In this document: positions 60,501 through 64,000 of the stretch, piece by piece
Layout: each line of letters begins with the position of its first letter
How positions within the stretch are numbered: position 1 is the stretch's first letter
Source: Macrostomum hystrix
Lineage: Eukaryota; Animalia; Platyhelminthes
Assembly (NCBI GenBank): GCA_950097015.1
Contig: CATNEN010000007.1
Span: 6,386,001 to 6,450,000 of the forward strand
Length of the DNA: 64,000 nt
Direction of reading: 5' to 3'
Notes under the pieces: generated by a model
Databases searched by the model: none
The model's input: only the letters and a program-made list of their open reading frames with translations
Told to the model about the DNA's origin: nothing
Position numbers and translations under genes: made by a program

Positions 60501-63500
60501 CCTACAACGAGCTGAAAGTCTAGCGGAGACCGGCGCATGGTCGGGCCAAGGCGCAGGTTGTGCCGCACGCTCACATTGGCCTGGCTGCTGACACCGATGG
60601 AGCGACGCAGTTTCGCGTGCAGACTGTGCACAATTCTCGGTCCCTCCGAGCTGTGCACCTCCAAGTCGTACATGATGGCGCCGTAGTCCCTACGAGAACC
60701 TTTGAACCTGTTCTCGTACTGCAGCCGATACTGCACGGAGTGTAGGACGCCAGTGGGCGACGTGTACTCTGAAGACATTCGCCAATTGAAGTCGGGCGCC
60801 ACGGAGGTTTGAAAATCGTAGATTAGCCTCAGCTGATTGCCGCTCTGCATGGTAAGATTGAACTTTGTGGTTGCACGGGGCAGCAGCAGCATTGCGCGAC
60901 CGTTCATCTGATGGGACAGTGAAATCTCCATCCGCTGTCTCGCCTTGTCCTTCCGGTAGAAAGTGCCCGTCAGCAGCAGCGGCGACTCGGCCGACTGCCA
61001 CTGAGCTAAGCCTTCCGCCTTGTACTCCACCGCGCCAATTTGCATCTCCGCCTCCATCGATGAGCCCCCACCTGTGCGGCTGACGTTGGCGGCAAAGGAG
61101 ACTGGAAACACGGGGTTCAACAGCTCGAACTTCCAGCTGGAGTGCGCGCCAGAACGTGTGGAAACCAAGGCCAGTTTGACCATCCGATCCGATGAGTTGC
61201 GATCTCCGATCAGCAATTCCAGTCTCTTGCTGCCAGCATCAGCACTTGGCGACCTACTCAAGCGTGAGTAGATCTCAAAGGCGCCAAAGCTGTCGTCCTT
61301 GTCCAGGTAAAGCTGAAAGCGGCTGGGTCTTCTGTGAAGACTCTGTAGAAGGTCTTCAAGGCCTTGCTTCATCTTGGACTGTGACTCATCTGCGAGCTGC
61401 TCAGACTCCAAGCAGATCGCGTGCCCGGTGTACTTCATCACGAAGCTTCCCGAGCACTTTTCCACCAGCTCCATCTTGGCATTCGGCACGAGCGGCTTCT
61501 CAAGTAGCGTCGCGCGGCCTTGCGAATCAGCCTCGTGCCAGAAGAAAATGGCATCGGTCTTGGCGTCCGCCAGGCTCTGCCGCTTCCTCAGTGGCTCGAG
61601 CTTCACGGAGAACTTCTCATCGGTTTCGGCCACGTTGAGCTGGGCTCGCTGCAGGCTGAACCGCACCCCGGTGTTAGTCAGCCAGCTCGTGTTGATCCTG
61701 ACGCCCATTCGCTCGAACACAGAGTCAACAGCGACAGTGAATGACTGCTGCAAAGCCGCCACTGGCCGCAGCTCTAGCATTGCAGTGGAGTTGCCCGACC
61801 AGCTGAGGTCGAATGTGCTGTCCATTCGCAGCTCAGCGAGGTAGTGCGCATCATTCTTCACAATCAACGGTGCGCCAGAGATGGTGGGCAATGAGATGGC
61901 CTCCTCTGACAGGACACCAGCTGACATTGACGACTTGGATTTGTCAAAAAGGTTCTTGAACTGCGGCAGCAACTCCATTAACTGGCTGACGGTGGAAAAG
62001 TCCAGGTTCTTCAGCAGCTGGAGCGGGGCGCTCACCCCCATGCCCGTGATGGTGCTGTGCGAGGTCTCGGCGCCGAATCGCCTCACAACAATGTCAACCC
62101 GCGGCTCCAACGCCTTCTGTTTCAGGTCCTCCTGGTCGGAGGTGATGTCCACACCGACAGTTTGCCTGCGCAGCCTTCGACGACGAATGTCTAGGCCGGG
62201 CGCCTTCGACGCTCCGAAAAATGCATCTAAAATGTTGTAAACGTCGTGCGCTCCATCGTCGATGCCTTCAATGCGCAGTCCGACCTCCAGGGCGTTGACC
62301 CAGCGGCCGCGGCTCGGGTCGATCAGCGTCACGTTCAGGCCGATGTAGCGCGGAATGGCGGACTGGGCCGAGAAAACAACAGATGCTTCAACGCTTCCGC
62401 CCATGGCCCAGGAGGGGCTGTAATGCTGCACCCGCCAGGCGCTGGAGTACTGACGCACACTCAGCCTGTCGAGGGCCTCCCACACACCCGGCGCTGCCGC
62501 GGACGCCTGTCGTAGCAGCTTTGCGGCCGTCTCGATTGTCTCTTTCTCCAGCAGGGGATCGCTTCCGGCGCTGGCCAGTCCGGCCAGGTGGAAGCGGACG
62601 AACAGCTGCACCTGCCGATCCTCGTTCGGGCTGGTCAGTAGCCGCTGTAGGGCAGCTCGGAGCTGCACAGACTGCGGACCAGTGTGGCCCAGACCGGAGG
62701 CCAGGCTCTGGTAGGCAGCGATGCGGAGCTCAGCGTCCCAGCTCGAGTTAGACAGCAGGCCGACCAAGCTGGCGATCGTCTCCGGCTGCCGCTGCCAGTC
62801 GTCGAATCGGCGCAGCGACTTCAGAGCGAAAGCGCGGTGGACCGGCGCCAGGCGGGGGTTGGCGGCGCAGGCGATCAGCGCGGCGGCGCCGCCTCTGACA
62901 CGACCCATGTTGCCGACTGCGAGCAGGGCAACAAAAGCGGCGTCAACGTGCCGACTGCCGACTTCCAGAAGTCTGCAGGCCTCGGTGGAGACCAACTTGT
63001 CCGAGAAGAATTCCACAACGCGCTTAACAGGCTGCTCCGAGGCGCTGTCCGGGCGCTCCAAGCAGATTCTGTAGACCAGGTCGCCAAGGGCCAGCGCCTC
63101 CTCCTGCCAGACGCCGCGGCTGCTGCGTTTTATGACAAAATCCTGGCAATTTTATACCGGAACTATGACAAGGGTGTTTTTCTGCGCAGGATTAGTTCAT
63201 CCAGACCTACAACGTATCAAAAATTTAACCCCTAAACGCATTTCAAGTTAAACTATAAATTTAAAAGGTGATTATGACTTTTGTGGTTTTAAAGGTTGTA
63301 CAATTGAAATGCAATCTGGCAGATAGTACCATAACTGATTAGATTCTATTTTTAGTTCATCCGAGCTCAGTCGAAAGCTGCGGAACAAAAGGCTGGATTA
63401 TTTCATAGATTATGACCCGGACTTATCGTCGTACGAACTGGGGCAGGGTTTGTGGCGAAGAAGATGATCAGGTGACACGAAGTTCCCCTGGAAATAAGCC

Positions 63501-64000
63501 AGCCGGCTGTCTCTATGCCATGCTGTCTTCTCAGAAAATGAAATATTAAAAAACGCCGGGACGAGACGATTTTACCTGCGCCCAGTTAGAATCAAGGTCA
63601 CAAGCTGTTTGAGGGTTTGTTTTTCTAGTCTTCGAGCCAAGAATGCTCTAGTTACCTGTTCCTGCTTTACCTGTAAAGCAGCTTAGAGCACCTATTTTCT
63701 CTGCTGAAGGGAATCTCTCTAAGTTATTTGACACTTCGAAACTGTTTGTTTTTTGCTTGAAAAACTCTAAATCAAAGCTTCAATATTGCTAGCTTCATGC
63801 ATTCTCGGTTGAAAAAAAGTACACAATACACTTTAGCTTCCTTTCTCCCCGTTTCTTCTCCAGTCGACTCACCAGAATGTTGACCAGCATCTCGGTGGTC
63901 GGGTGGCGCAGCTGCGTCAGCACGTTTGCGGACCAGGAGTTCCGCTCGCTGAGAATCTGCTGGAGCATCAGCTGCACCGCTGGTTGCGTGCCTGCGGCTG
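42508..64000 (-). CDS. Large lipid transfer protein (apolipophorin/ApoB/vitellogenin superfamily), 5' end outside the window. Exons >=64000-63873, 63604-63576, 63122-55730, 50813-50379, 49859-47627, 45313-45031, 44431-44169, 42713-42508
   Basis: LALGDLVYRIC, LLAVGNMG, ELRIAAYQSL, IPRYIGLNVT (LLT/DUF1943 region); long amphipathic beta region; vWF-D (IITFDG..CSYILAHDF, GLAGSNDG..ANDL); C8-like (CFNTVDPEPYLELC); vWA-like tail; all splice phases consistent; AATAAA ~23 nt after the stop. Confidence 0.88.
42755..44165. repeat. 23-bp tandem array GGACTGCCTCAAACTGTCCACCT filling the last lipid-transfer-gene intron
   Basis: Period 23 (43801, 43824); variant units recur in blocks. Confidence 0.97.
44530..45000. 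repeat. 27-28-bp G-rich tandem array (GGGTAGGAAATGGGGTTGGTGTCTAGC)
   Basis: Direct observation, intronic. Confidence 0.93.
45331..46212. repeat. 27-bp tandem array GTGAGGTGGGTTCTGTGTTGGTAGGCA
   Basis: Direct observation, intronic, next to the acceptor. Confidence 0.97.
47003..47550 (+). repeat. 21-bp tandem array GTGCCTGTGTACTGTATCTGT continuing into SINE family 2 3' sequence
   Basis: ~24 copies, then gtgtgctcaggggtcagcggaatgagca. Confidence 0.95.
51077..55632 (+). mobile_element. Full-length Ty3/Gypsy LTR retrotransposon (Mag-like)
   Basis: 281-bp LTRs 51077-51357 and 55352-55632 (TG...CA, one visible mismatch); TSD GGTTC at 51072-51076 and 55633-55637; PBS TGGCGACGAGGATGG; PPT AGGGGGGAGA. 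Confidence 0.98.
51370..55293 (+). CDS. Gag-Pol polyprotein of the Gypsy element, single ORF
   Basis: Two Cys-His boxes (CASCGGAH...C, CHGCGKVGH....C), protease VDTGS, RT RICGDY/MPFG/FVDD, RNase H CDAS..TDHKPL, integrase H..H..C..C with HIDFAG/SDNG/AERFV, in PR-RT-RH-IN order. Confidence 0.97.
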   Translation: MAATIPTLSANSDVEVYIERLDQYLVYKEVKDEAKVATLITVIGEEAYKLLRNLCLPDAVSSKPYETLTQLLKDHYAPKTSMLSARFRFQQRIQRPGESFTDFVAGLKAASEHCKFGITLTERLRDQLIFGIRSDAHRAKLLEVEDPTFDALTKKIETLETAEMSSSEMTHRAEPVAHLRPHRNPSGAKGVKDVSRQAPRRSAASFADPARAAQSCSAASACASCGGAHSRQQCKLREAKCHGCGKVGHIRKVCKSSRLHKVDPEPAEAQEPLFSLRQGGSSKGLVVKLLVQGSPCCFEVDTGSALTVIPKNLQEEVLPDLRLSPTSTVLRTYTGESFRPVGQAEVTVQHNSQDLRLPLLVVEQGDVALLGRDWLAKLKLDWPRIFGQVNSVTGEADGLIAQFPEVFQGGLGTYRHGEVKLHMPAEAKPRFFKARPVPYALRERVDDELRRMEADGIITSVKYSDWAAPIVPVVKKNGAVRICGDYKLTYNAEATPELYPLPRIEDLFAKLGGGCKWSKLDMSNAFLQLPLSKDSKIFLTINTQRGLFQLNRMPFGINCASAVFQRTLDSLLGDLESVQVFVDDILVTGRTLQHHRENLTKVLQRLQEAGLRLNKDKCEFFRDSVDYLGHRIDSQGLRPLAEKVTAVQDAPAPTDCSQLRAYLGMLTHYGKFLPHLSTVVAPLNQLLTKNARWCWGEPQQLAFQRSKRLLLESPVLVHYDSKLPLRLECDASPYGLGVVLTHRMDGQDRAIAFASRSLTTAQKGYSQLDKEALAIMFGLQRFNQFLQGRKFVIVTDHKPLLGLLGEHKGIPEHAAARMQRWAIRLAGYDYALEFRPTSKHANCDSLSRLPLPRQFEEEPAVNALLLDEETGSAITAQAVARHTRSDATLGRVLRCLQTGAPMASSDLTDFARRQDELSVEQGCVLWGARVVVPTALRQGVLDELHQAHPGINRMRALARSYVWWPGLDRQLETTVKACRTCMLNQADPPKAPVQPWPFPAEPWARLHIDFAGPVNGRTYLVIVDAFSKWPEVLQVHSVTAAATIERLREVFARLGIPRVLVSDNGTQFTSGEFSEFTRRNGIRHVFSAPFHPATNGQAERFVQVLKRHLLKSGHSTAALQQMLISYRNTPHSITGAAPSQLLIGRRLRSRLDLLMPSLTNSMQQRQEQQVEQQPRAREFHAGDPVLLRDFSSDARTGGGRWTEGTVVSAGSRNCAVDVRGTIHRRHTNQLLSAALPPPTTPVTPLVVTAEAPSTLAEPGGQDIEAPTVGAAADATDAADASDATSPTDTPARRYPLRQRRPPERLQS

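Overview
Eukaryotic animal DNA with GC-rich exons and AT-rich, minisatellite-filled introns and intergenic regions. The style suggests a free-living flatworm such as Macrostomum (inference, not verified). Seven host genes were reconstructed; for the spliced ones the exon phases are consistent. They are: an intronless Na+/K+-ATPase beta subunit (+); PRMT5 (-, 6 exons); PEX3 (-, 4 exons, one GC-AG intron); a secreted DUF5054/GH38-like protein (+, 6 exons); a C2H2 zinc-finger gene (+); an NPY/NPF neuropeptide precursor (+); and the 3' ~3650 codons of a giant apolipophorin/ApoB-type lipid-transfer protein (-). Mobile DNA comprises an intact young Ty3/Gypsy (Mag-like) LTR element in an intron of the lipid-transfer gene, an RT-deleted Loa/R1-like LINE nested in a broken RTE-like LINE, two tRNA-derived SINE families and about 20 tandem arrays. 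Best leads: a possible PEX3-PRMT5 trans-spliced operon, a strongly structured 5' RNA on the RT-less LINE, a minisatellite that arose inside a SINE, the atypical NPF gene and the DUF5054 enzyme. No CRISPR array, rRNA or bona fide tRNA gene was found.
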